Shown: in pieces, positions 35,001 to 47,200 of the stretch
How the letters are laid out: every line of letters starts with the position of its first letter
How positions within the stretch are numbered: position 1 is the first letter of the stretch
Source: Tubulanus polymorphus
Lineage: Eukaryota > Animalia > Nemertea
NCBI RefSeq assembly: GCF_964204645.1
Contig: NC_134028.1
Location: 3,906,001-3,970,000 of the forward strand
Length of the DNA stretch: 64,000 nt
Reading direction: 5' to 3'
Notes under the pieces: model-generated
Told to the model about the DNA's origin: nothing
Databases searched by the model: none
The model's input: only the letters and a program-made list of their open reading frames with translations
Program-made: the position numbers and the translations under genes

Positions 35001-38000
35001 ACCGACCGGATACCTGCCTTACAACGACTTCAACTTCTATACAGAACTTCTTACTGGAGCGGTACGTATACTGTATATACAGTTGTAAAACTTACGTATT
35101 TCGGAAAAGTTTGGACCGGCAAAATACGTTCGACTTGGAAAATTATGACGAAGAGTTTGTCAGATTTCTGATATCGACCCGACTATGACTACTGTTTGAG
35201 GGAGTAGTTACTACTCTAAGTGTTCAACTACTCCCAAAAATATTGAGATACTGTCGATTGAAATAATTTCGAGTCCATTTTCAATTAAACTACTATTTTT
35301 GTCATCAAATTACTCTCATTTTTGGTGAAAGTTAAGAGATATTTGTTAGTCTGGTTTTTGATTACTGGAAATATTCAGCCTGTTTATTTTAGGGTTGGTT
35401 GAATGGTACTGAAATGTATTATGGCTACTATTATAATGGTACTATCAACGCGGTCAGTTCGCTTAGCTATAATATGCAATACGCCTACATTCTCGCAATT
35501 GGCAGCTATTTTCTCATTTGGCTAGCTATACTAGCTTACAGGTAAATTCTGAAAACATTCCTCGGATTGATTCATTATCGCTCGACCGCTGAGTAAACCG
35601 TACGATGTGTGTTTTGTTGTTTTTTTTTTTCAAGTATCGCAAATTCATATCGAAAAAACTACATCGAAGCCAGCGACGAGTTTAATTTCTACTACGTCAG
35701 TAAGATATTCGTTGGTTGGGATCACGCGATCGCTAACTGGGAGGCAGCTAGACTTAAACATCAGAGCATGTACAACGAATTCAGAGTATGTAACCCATTG
35801 ATAGACACGGTTCTTACAGATCAGGGAAAATCAGGGAATTATGGATTATTTTTCCTTACTGTGAAAATCGGGGAATTCTTCATCTTCTCTTGAAAATCAG
35901 GTTGAAGTGAAGGAATTAGAAGTTTTTGCGTAGGGATCCTTGTTAATGATGATTGAAACAAGGAACAGCCCCCGCAGCCCCCGGTTATCTCAAAATTGAA
36001 TTAGGATATTGTGGATTCCCTGATTTGTAGGAACCGTCGATAGAGCAGAAAAATTAGAACGTTTCGACGCGGATGAGAACAATATTTTTTTTCTGTTGTT
36101 GCAGGAATATCTATCAGTCTTCCACAAACCTAAACGTACGATACACGTGAAAGACATGTGCGGGCTCGTAGCGTTACGCATCGCTACGAACGTCGTCGTG
36201 TTATTCGTTATTTCCGGGGCTACGTATTTGATCTGGTACATTTCAAATACTCAATCACTACAGGTGGGTAAACCTCTCTCTCGCAGCATGGCAATACTAC
36301 AAGCGAATGAAATACATTACAGTCAACTCCTCGATTTTTCGTTGGGCAGTGATTAATTTACGAGAGAGCTGGCAATTTGTCTTCGGTGATATTCATCAGC
36401 TCTTCGATTTCCATATTTCCAGACAAATTTACAAGTATTAAGAGAGCTGGCGATGCCGTTGTGTGTTTGCGCTGTCAACTACTTCCTACCGATCGCTTTC
36501 TCTATAATCGGAACTTTTGAGCAATATCAGAAACCACGAACTGAGCTGTACATCGCTATGATCAGGTAGGATATCGAGGGGACTCCTCAATTTGATTTTG
36601 ATTTTGATTTTGTGTGTGGGTCCATTTTTCCTAGCTACGTATATCATCTGTTCTCAAAAATGGTTGAATATTTCATAGCGTGATCTTGTTACTCAGCGCT
36701 CGGGTAAACTGTATTTCTTCGTGTTCTTCTAGAACGGTTTTGTTGAAAGGTGCTGTACTGGGAGTATTGATTTATATCTGGTATAACTTGGTCACGTGTG
36801 AAGGCGATGGAGATGTGATCCGAACTCAACAGACCAAAGATGCCAAATGTTATGATGTAAGTACCAGTGCTCAGTGTGTTTATCAAATTCTCCTCCCTCC
36901 TGGTTCCTCTTTCATAATCAGATATTCGATATTGGATGAATATTGTTTTGCAGTGTTGGGAGAATTTTATGGGGCAGGAATTGTATCGTTTAATGCTGGT
37001 TGATTTCATGATCACTCTGATTATTACATTCTTCGATGAATTTTTACGTCGGTAAGGAAACACTTTCATTATTTCATCGGCCTAGGATAATAAGAAAACA
37101 TTTCAATTTGAAAGAAGAATCTCGGGGGGCCATGTCTGTCCATTTAATGTGCCAAGTGAAAAGTGTTTTTGGGCAATTGTCTGGGGGGCAGTTGTCCTGA
37201 TACCGTTTTTGTGTATGATAATTTGACTATCTATTTTCAGGGTAATGTCTACGTACTGTTGTAAAAAGATGCCTCATCCGGAGTTTGATATCGCGCGAAA
37301 CACTTTAAATCTAATTTACTCACAAACTCTTTGCTGGTATGTAGACCTATTTTAATTAGCTGTAACCAGTTTGTATGTCTGGTGACTTAAATTTGATTTC
37401 GATACATTTCTCCAGGTTAGGGCAATATTACAGCCCGTTATTGACCATTCTGCAGTTGATCAAGTTAATCGTAATCTTCCAAGTGAAAAGTGTAAGTATA
37501 TTTTGTAATATTGTTTGAATGCCTATTTACTGTTACAATTCAACGTGCGGTACTTCATTTATCGTATCAGTCGAGTTGTTTGTCGGAAATGTAGTTTAAT
37601 GTTGTTTTATGATCATGAACGGTTTTCAGTCAGAATTTCGAATGCGTTCTTTAATTTATAAAACTGTAGTTTTAGATAGAGATGAATTCATGAATTGCAA
37701 ATATTTACTGAGTATTCAGTATCGTGTTTAGTACTACCAAACAATGAAGATTTACTTATGCAGATGTTGTTATCGATATTGTTTGCTTTACCCACATATA
37801 TTTCAGTGATTTCAGTATATTTTCTAGTGATTTTATCATATAATGTTTTATCTTCTCATGCATGTTACTATATTTATGTTTGTAGTGTAGTGTAAGGCAG
37901 AATTGTGTCCCGAGTCAGAAACCGTGGCGTGGCGCTCGTGCTAATACTATATTCCTCGGCTTTTTGTTTGCCGCGTTTCTCATGGCAGCAATCAGTGTCG

Positions 38001-41000
38001 CGGCTAATGTTATTTTGTAAGTCTCTATTCTTACGCATGAAATATTTTTTCATCCACCCATCCCCATTTTTCGGATTGTACCTTGATGATAACCTTATTG
38101 AAACCCAGGGTCCAGTTCCACAGTTCCGAGTTGAAATTTGACTGAGTTAACTCATCGAAAATGAACTAACTTTTACTGAGAGTTAACTCTAACTCACGAC
38201 TGGAACTGGGTCCAGTATTGTAACTGAATGAATGAATGAATTTCTATTTACAATCATATGAATAAAATACACAATAGATGATACATACATTCTGAAATTA
38301 TGACACAAGAACCCCTGGCATGAAGGCAATGTTTAATTCTAAGTCCTATTTGCCTTCATTCCTCCTCTTGTCATGTCTAGATGGATAATTGATTTCAATG
38401 ATCAATGCCTAAACTTGTCATAGTAAACAGTATTGTGTATTGTTCCTCGTATCCAAAAGTTACAGGTGAATTTCTCTTGCAGCATCAAGCCATCTCAAGC
38501 GTGTGGTCCTTATCGCGGTTTAGACACATCTTATGAATCGATACTGCTGTTAATCAGTGATTGGAAGATTCGATTTTCATGGTTGGGGAATATCATATCA
38601 TTTGTCAGTTCAACCGGATTCATTGCCTTCGTTATTGTCTTTCTCATGTAAGAATGGGGCGAATTTGCGTGTTTATTTGGCCTAGTTTTATAGATTGTCA
38701 GTCTTTATATTTATACGTTGCTGGTTAACGGTCAGATTTTTTTCATCTCTTGTAGTATTGGTGCTCATTATCTTCGAATGTTGGCCGTTGCCAGAAAGGA
38801 ATCTGTAAAGATGATTAAAGTGCAATTAAAACTGGTGCGTATGAACAAGAATTAAACAGGGTGGCCACTTACTCAGAAATCAGGAAATTTCTTCTCTTTA
38901 GAAAAAGTCAGGGAATTTTATAAGAAAAGCTAAAAATCAGGGATTTTTGTTGACAGTTTCTGTCTATGTCTTACACATTTGACGGTGTTAATGTATTGGA
39001 TTCTTAGCAGATCAAATCAAGGAAAACAACGCAAGCAAGTGAACAAAAGCTTGAAGTGAAAAGTGACCACCCTGCCTGTTGAATCATTAATCGCCTATAA
39101 TAGACATTTTAATTGAGATTTATTTTTCACAAATTGTAGGAAGGAAAGGATAAGGTGTTTTTACTGAAATTATATAAGAATGCCATGCGGCAAGTCGGTT
39201 TCCGAGGGGATCAGTCGCACCCGATAACATCGAGTCGTAATAATCTACCGAATAGCGATGGTAAGAAATTTTCGTTTGCTTCGAAAACGATAACGTTATA
39301 TTATGAAACATAGGCCTACCGGTACATGTGGTGGAGAGATTTCATCGATCTAAGCTATGAATGATTCGATAATGATTATATTATAAAACTCATCTGATCT
39401 GGATTAAGATTCAGCTGTAAATTGCTATTACAGTAGACTCTGCTCAAGTCAGTTCCAACTCTGATATTCAATGGAATTTACCCTGCTGTTTGAATAAGGA
39501 AAATGATTATCTGACTTAAGCAAAGTCTGCTACAGTCAAACTAAAGTCGGAACGATCATTATTTTGATGACTTACACATCGTAGATAGAAATGGAATATA
39601 AATTAGGGCTCAAAGACTTAAACGATGACAAGTTTGACTGTTAATACGTAGCTCAATCATAATTTCCCTTGATGCATATCGTGTTGGTTATTGAATACTC
39701 GGTGCATTATACTGAATAAGCAAGCATATCGACTTATATGAATTAATGATTGAATTTTTGATTGATTGGTTTATCAATTTATTTGTATCAGTTATAGGAC
39801 GAATGACGTATGTATAAAAGGTATACTCATCTATCTATCTATCTCTATATATATTTATCTGTTTACTGTGATTACTGCTTCTTACTTATTATTTTGCATG
39901 ACGACTTGTAGTTTCATCACGCCAGCATTAACCACAGTTTCAGGATTTGCTATAGTTCACCGCTGAAGGCTATTCACACACGCTGAAATATCACATAGAT
40001 CCCCGTCATAGTCAGCCTCTATTTACTATAGTAGCTATTTTAGTTTAGTGCTTAGACTAAAAAAATCTGCCAAGTGAAGATATAGTTGTATACTAGTGTT
40101 ATATAGCATTATTTGTCTATACTTTGTTATAAATTATCTTGATGTGCTCTACCTCATCATACATGGCGTTCAGATGTTATATTTTGTGTTGGATTTTTTG
40201 GGGTTGACGAACTAGAATTTTCTCATTTATTTTGATGTTGTACAGTTGTTTTTTCGTGTTTTCACTTTTCCGCTTTCTATGAAACAATACCTTTATCTGG
40301 ACAATTTTCCTCAAATTTTTCTTGATTTTTATTCAAACAATCTGACTGTAAGCTCTTCCTAATGCTCCATGCTCCATGTTAAGATAAATATTTTACATTG
40401 TTAGGAGCTGAAAGTGATGGGTACTTGGGCACACATTGTCTGACATGACCTACAAGAAATAGTTTTATTTTCTCATTAAGTCTTACAAAGTTTCATTTAT
40501 GTAATTCATCGATGTTTAATGGAAGTATATTTGTTTTGCAGGAACGCGAACATTTGCCAAAACTCTGATGAGAGAGCATGACAAACAGAAAATATGCGAC
40601 AAGCCACCGCCCCCTAGTCCATTTGTCATGCATAAAGCTTTGAAAGATTTAGCCTCACCACCATGGAGACAATCTCAAGAGCAAATAAACCAACGACTGA
40701 AAAAGTTTTCATCGCTGCAAGGATTAGCAGTAAGTAAACCGGACAATGACGCTGTAGGCAAAACTAAAGCGATATCAGTTCATGAACTTCCGAGAGGAGC
40801 TTTTAACCGACATAGCAACTTAGAGTTAAATAGCCCAGGCCCGCGCCGCCAGGCTGATCAAGATATCTATTGTTCGACCGATTCGGTGAACAGTCGCGAA
40901 AATCTGCTCGATAGAAATGCGGATTCAAGTCGAAACAGCTCCGTAGATAGTATTTCATCGCCGGTCCGAAGCGACGGCGAACGATCGTCGAATAATGGCA

Positions 41001-41080
41001 ACTATGAAACGATATACGTACCGGGATCGACGTACGAGAATCACGCGTACGATACGACCACATTGGAAAACATTCCATAA
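32043..41080 (+). CDS. Transmembrane channel-like (TMC5/TMC7-like) protein, about 20 exons
   Basis: Spliced ORF with TMC hallmarks: [32 protein letters not shown] (34703-34930), GTEMYYGYY, SKIFVGWDHAI, CWENFMGQELYRL, EFDIARNTLNLIYSQTLCW, NCVPSQKPWRG, PSQACGPYRG and EGKDKVFLL. The last exon 40542-41080 is in phase with exon 39140-39260. The start at 32043 is the likeliest ATG but less certain. Confidence 0.9.
34241..34492. mobile_element. CAGGG-terminus non-autonomous DNA transposon (hAT-like) with TCAGGGAA subrepeats
   Basis: Begins CAGGGTTCTTACAG and ends CTGTCAGAGTCCCTG; internal AAATCAGGGA units. Confidence 0.6.
35806..35942. mobile_element. CAGGG-family element (diverged)
   Basis: CACGGTTCTTACAGATCAGGGAAAATCAGGGAATT...GTAGGGATCCTTG. 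Confidence 0.55.
38109..38212. mobile_element. Harbinger-like MITE
   Basis: GGTCCAGTTCCA...TGGAACTGGGTC with a CAG duplication; highly similar to 29374-29482. Confidence 0.8.
38857..39074. mobile_element. CAGGGTGGCCAC-TIR MITE (hAT-like)
   Basis: CAGGGTGGCCACT...AGTGACCACCCTG with TCAGGGA subrepeats. Related copies at 51480-51664 (inverted) and near 28191. Confidence 0.7.
39431..39640. mobile_element. Two abutting Tc1/mariner-type MITEs
   Basis: First: CAGTAGACTCTGCTCAAGTCAG...CTGACTTAAGCAAAGTCTGCTA (39431-39532). Second: CAGTCAAACT...AGTTTGACTG (39533-39640). TA precedes each. Confidence 0.65.
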
Positions 41081-41145
41081 GTGACAATCATGATAGATCG
41101 ATTCAGCAGAACAGAAATCATAGAGCTGCCAACTGTTCCTGATTT

Positions 41146-41331
41146 TAAGATAAAATCCCACTATTTACAGATTAAAAGAATTTAGGGTGAGATCGAAACG
41201 TATAAAATATTTATAAACGTTTAAATATTTTAGATTTAATAAATAAATTCTTGTTTTTAAATTCTTTTAATCTGTAAATAGTGGGATTTTATCTTATTAT
41301 CCGTTCACCACGTTGGAGTGTGGTTATCGTT
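41146..41331 (+). mobile_element. Penelope-like short insertion in the TMC 3' UTR
   Basis: Flanked by the direct repeat CTGTTCCTGATTT (41133-41145 and 41332-41344); perfect about 39-bp inverted head; GAGATCGAAACGT...AATAAA body; 35-nt tail at 41297-41331. Confidence 0.7.
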
Positions 41332-44226
41332 CTGTTCCTGATTTGTCAATATTTATTAATTTGATTTTTTTGGTGCATACAGAAATATGAAAGATGTTAC
41401 TGAGAGTCTTACTGTCGATTACTGATTAATTTGAACATTTTCTTTCATATCTCAATGAAATGTTCCTGAAAAAATTGTTACTGATAGCACTTTTCAGAGG
41501 TTGGCAGCCCTGAAATCAATAGAAGCAATATCGAAAGACTTATGCCTATGCATTGCTGTCGGAATATCTTCAAACGGCATCAAAAATAATCTTCTACAAG
41601 TAATAGAATTTATAGAGTAAATGCATAAAAAGCTCTTTTGTCAAAGTCAATAAATATGATCAGAACTTGGGGTTTATCGAAGTTCTAAATGTATTCAGTA
41701 TTTGAGAGTATTTATTATGATTTGTAAATATCTGTGATAAACTAAACTAAATGTCTTTATGTCGTCGTGTTCTAGTAATAAGCGAAAAGGCAAAGCGAAA
41801 TTTTCAGTTGCACTGTACAATAATGACATGTGCGGCAAAATTTATATTCAGGGAAGAATTTGATTAAGAGTAATATATACTTATACATGTGACCTACTAG
41901 GTCAAATATATCAGATTATTGATACATTTTTATAGAAAGATACTTGATTGTTTTGGTTTTTTTTTTTAAACTTTATAACAACTCGATAATATATTAATTC
42001 CATATATAACGTCTCTTCAATGCCTTGTATGGGGTGGTGCTATATGCTAGACTTGATATGTTTACAAGTAGGAAATTTGCTCACCAGTGCTGTCGAGCTT
42101 TTTTAACATACAAGGGTAACTCGGAACCTATTCTGCTAGTTTTTCAGCTCTAAATGAAAAGCATGTCCCCGTCGTTTGATAAATATATGTATATTTTTAC
42201 CGCTACTAATTATTTATATTTATATTCTATATACATGTACATTCCTAAAATCTGTTTTTGCCTTATAATCAGGGATATTGAATAATGATTATCACTGGTC
42301 TGTTATTTTGAGCTGCATGTATGTGCCAAATAAACTGCGACAAGCAAGAGATAATCAGTAGCCGATATGATGTATGTAGTGACAGCTCAAATGATATTTC
42401 TCATGTTGCCACTGCTGACTGAGTTTGTATTACATGGTAAAATAATCGAAGATATGGCCAAAATTAATATTGTTGTAATCTTATGAATTTTAATTTCTCC
42501 TGAGAAACCAAAAGCTATGATGCTTGTGTTAAGTTATTCATGTTTAATTCAGTCGTATTATAGATATATCATTTGTAACTTAATGTACTGAATAAACAGA
42601 AAGATATCTGAACAGATTTTGTTGGATTTAGTATTACTCTGAATCAGCTCCGTTTCTAGGGCAGTTTTCGATTCAACAAATAGCCACCATTGTGTATCAG
42701 GTTCCATGCAGGATGATCAGAATAAGGACAAAGTCAAAAAGTAACAAGTAGACTTGCTAAAAACCACGATTCATCCGCGAGAATGCTTGAAGCGGTAACG
42801 GCAGTAGGTTGCATTTGCTCCGATCTTTTAGGAAAATGCAACTAAGGAAGTGTAGGTTATATAGGCTCACTTAAGTACAAGTACTTTAGGTGTTTTTCCA
42901 GTTGTCCAGCACAAAATGATGAAGAGTCAGTCTACCGATTGAGTCCAATCGAGAAGTAAATTGATGCAAAAACCATCACAAAGAATTAGTCACATTTATG
43001 TCTAGGTAAATTCTGTACATTTATTACGATAGAATGATAATACATTAAGTACATGAAAGGAAAGGTTAACAAGACTAGTGCTGGACACAATATCACAGGC
43101 CTAATATAGATTTATCACAATACAATTACATCACGTGCAGTTTATGAACAATGATTGCAGTATTTAAACTCTTAAAACATTAATAAATGTCGAGTACATC
43201 AATTAATCTCTGCTTTTTCGATTTTCTACATTTTAAAGACATTCAAGTAAAATATTCGTTGGGTGTTTGATTTCAAAAATACATCTTTTTCAACTAATGA
43301 AAGTGCTTCATGACTATGATTTCAAGAACGGGTGGGATTCAAATTTCATCTCAATCACAGAAATCTGGGAGGAAAAATAAGATTTCAACAGACAAGTGAG
43401 CGACGGTGTGAATTAGGGAGGAGTCTCCGGTATCAAGGCACATTGTGTTCACCTGAAATTAATGTATTTTCTTGTAATCTCTTGAAGTCATGGACGGCTA
43501 GTAACGATACGTTGAACAAGATTCTATACAAATAGGTAATGTGAAATACACAAAACTTCAGGCATGATTTCATAGACTGAGTATCGAAGTTACTCCTAAA
43601 GATAAATCTTCAACCATCATAGTAACGATGATAAACCATGGTAATATCTGGCAAATTTGCATAATTTTTCAGAAAAGTCGATTTGGCCGGAATTGAGTGC
43701 TTAAAACAATCGTGCATCATAATAGATATAAACCCTACATACATAGTATATTTACTTATAAAAATTACAAACATAGCTTTGTTTTATGATATGTTGTTGG
43801 ACGATGAATGAGAAACTTACGTCCGCAGTTATTACAAGAAAAACTTATAACAATACTGATTACATGAATGCAAAACCAATACTTACACATAGGTATAGCT
43901 TACTGTACTAAATCTTAATAATCATAAATAATAAAACAATTATAGAATCTTTTGAATGAAATACTAAATTTATGCTCGCTGAAAATTTTGATTTTGAGCA
44001 ATAAATATATATCATAACGTATATAAAGGCAATCCTTGGAATATCAATTCGACTCTACTACAAATTACAAACAAGAATAGAAATTTCTAATTGATAAATT
44101 AACATGAATGTGACATGCACTTTCTTGATCTGGCGTACTCCTTGTAAGAGGAGCACTTTCTTGTAAGTGTGAATTACAATACCGGGTATTTCTGGATCCC
44201 AGAAGTCGGGTAAAGTTAAGTTATTT

Positions 44227-47200
44227 CTAGTCTAATGCTTCATCCCTGATTGAATCCAAGAAACTGCTTTTTCTTCTCTTCATTTCCTGCTTTTGAAGTT
44301 CATATTGTTCCCTTTTGTCCTGAAAAGAATTATCTAAATTTTTCTAATTGCCCCAAACGCACAACGAAGAATCCATGGAAAACATAATATCATACAATTT
44401 AGAAAGGCACACTAATGTACAAATATCGTGCATGAATAATGGACAATCAACAGACATGTGAAAGCAGCAATCTCTAAAGTGAAACGATGCAAAATACTGA
44501 AATAAAAACTCGACTAAACTTCTTCACATTGACTTCAATACTCACCTCGTTCTTCTGTAATGATTCAAACAGAAATAAGTTTTATCAAACCCAAAATGTA
44601 TCGATCTATTCTTTCTTAAACGATATTAAAATTTCATATCCTAACGAAAGACTGATGCGTTTTATTTCTATCGGAAATAAGCACAACGTACCTTCAGATC
44701 TTCTTCCATTTGTTGTTTCTTCTTATCTGACAAACTTGGTCGACGTTCAGTGCCTCTGTCCGACTGAAATATAGAGTAGCAGAATTGTGAGCTGTAAAAT
44801 ATTTCCTTTTGAACTTTAAGAGCATACAACAGTTGAATACAGGAATTGGGAGCTAAAGCCTAAAAATTTGATACCTTGTTTCTCCTTTCTGCTCAGCTTA
44901 AAAGTTGACCCGTCTGGCCCCTTTATACCCTGTACATAACTTTTTAAAATTACATTTACAAATTTTATTGTGGTTTACGAAATGACCCGGCTGATTAGAA
45001 GAAACAAGGTAGCATTTTTTGCCTTAGTCGGATTTTTTTGACTGATAACGGAAAATTCGTTTACAAAACTTAAAACATTGATTACTAGACTGCCTTCTAG
45101 TGTTCTGAAATGAAAGTCTGTGAATGAGTGAAGGAATGACAACCAACATCGTGAAGATTGTGAACCACCAAACTGAACCAACACCGTAAAACATAAGAAT
45201 TTAATACCTCAAGTCTTTCATCAGACTCATATTCTGAGTCAGAAGATGAACTGCTACTGGACTAGAGAAAATAGAATTCACCAATTTACTCAATAATGTT
45301 GACAAGTGTTAACAAATCATTCGAATAAATGAGTATAGAATGAGAGCGCTTACTTTTTCAGAAGAGGATGATTTTTCCGAAGAGTGATGGGCTATCTGGG
45401 AGCTGTTTGGCCCACTCGTTGAAGTTGACGTACTACGGGCAGTTGATTTCCCATTTTCGGCTCTGAGTTTTTCAAAAAACAGGACAAAATTTAAGCAATT
45501 CAGCCAAGATTCTTTTTGTACCACTTATATCAATCATTAATACAACATACAATTCAGCGTGTTGCTGGTTCTGCTGAGTTTTACCGGCCTGCTCGAGAAA
45601 ATCTTCAACTTCTTCCTGGTCGTAATTATTAGCGAAATCCAGCGCCGTGCGTCCCATCATGTCGACATCGGTCAACGCTGCACCGTTACTTACTAACCAC
45701 TTACACGTATGCAGATTACCACTGTAAATAATAAATAGATATTGAAAAAACCCCTCTCTATTCTTCCATAAATCTAAAACCCAATAGTGGTTATCCATTC
45801 ATTAGGCACACAGAAAAATTTCAATTTCTTTTACCTCTCCCCTTGAATCCAAATCAGCTATTTTTCCTTGTACTTAAGCATGAGTACAGAATTGAACTAA
45901 ACCCTTCCTCTAGTGCAATAAGTGTAATAAATGAGTGACCCCATGGGAATAACAGACTTGCATACTAATGGTATTTTTCAATTATGATTTAAACAAAGGC
46001 TGGGGAAAGACAAAAAGGCTGCGCTTCTGAAGTTTATATCAGTACCTTCTAGCTGCTAAATGAAGTGGTGTACAGTCATCTATAGACGTAACATTAATCG
46101 ATGCACCATGCTCAACAAGCACCTGAAATATCAGTATTTTCGACACAATTAAACTATAATCATCTGTCTGTGGGGGTAACCTCTCATTACAGTCACCTAA
46201 CGCACCATCAAACAGTGTACATGTCCACTAAGAGCGGCTAGATGTACAGCGCTGTAACCAGTTGGAGTTTCAGATTTGAGATCAGCACCATTTTCACACA
46301 GCCATCGAACTAATTCCAAATGACCGTCAGTCGTCGCGTAATGTAAAGCTGTCAAACCATGATCATCTTTTGAACTGAATGATTAAAGTTGCGAATTGAA
46401 AATTAAATCAGAATCGACGATGTTTAGATATTTTCGAAAATGACAGAAATAAAACTTACTTCACGGTTGCTTCATTTAGTTGAATGATCTTTTTGACCGT
46501 TTTCAAATCGCCGGCGCTCGCGGCTTGATGGATTGTCTTCGTGATTTTCGATCTTCTATCAGCAGTTTTAGGGCGAGATCTCGCGTCGTTACGAGGTTCG
46601 GAAACGTTCTTCGTTTCGACGAAAGCCGGATTCTCCCGATCCGGATGGACAACCGGCGCCGAGCTGCTGGCGTCGCTCCGCGATGAACTCGGTCGCGACG
46701 ATGAAAACTGAGGCTGCACCGATTCGTCGTCCGCTTCATCTCGTTTCGGAATACGACTATAATTCGGACGCGAGCTCGCGGCGGCGTCCTGATCGAAAAA
46801 ATCATCATTTTCTCTACGCGCCGGTGCCGATTCATTCGAGGAGCGCTGTTTCTGAGCAGGCGGGGAAGCCATCAAACCACTCGCTCGCACTTCGCGTTCT
46901 TTCTTTCGGACCGGTTCCGTTTCGACCGACCGTTCGGTCTCGCCGTCCGACGAATATTCAGAACTCGATCCCGTTTCGGTGTACGTCGAACCGGACTTCG
47001 ACGTGGATTCAGACGAAGCCGAGTCCGGGCGACTTTTATTGGCGACGACGCTGCTCCTTTCAGACTCCTCATCATTCACCTCACTACTGGCGAGAGATTT
47101 CGTCGATGTACGATGTGAAGCCGATGATTTGCGAGATGATTTCTGAGATTTTTTAGACGACGCGTTTGTTTCAGTATCGGAGGCTTCACTCGTCGCTTCA

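Noticed and set aside
46480-47156. Several long overlapping ORFs on both strands
   Set aside because: Shadows of the GC-rich exon 46460-47203 of the PLAT-ankyrin gene.
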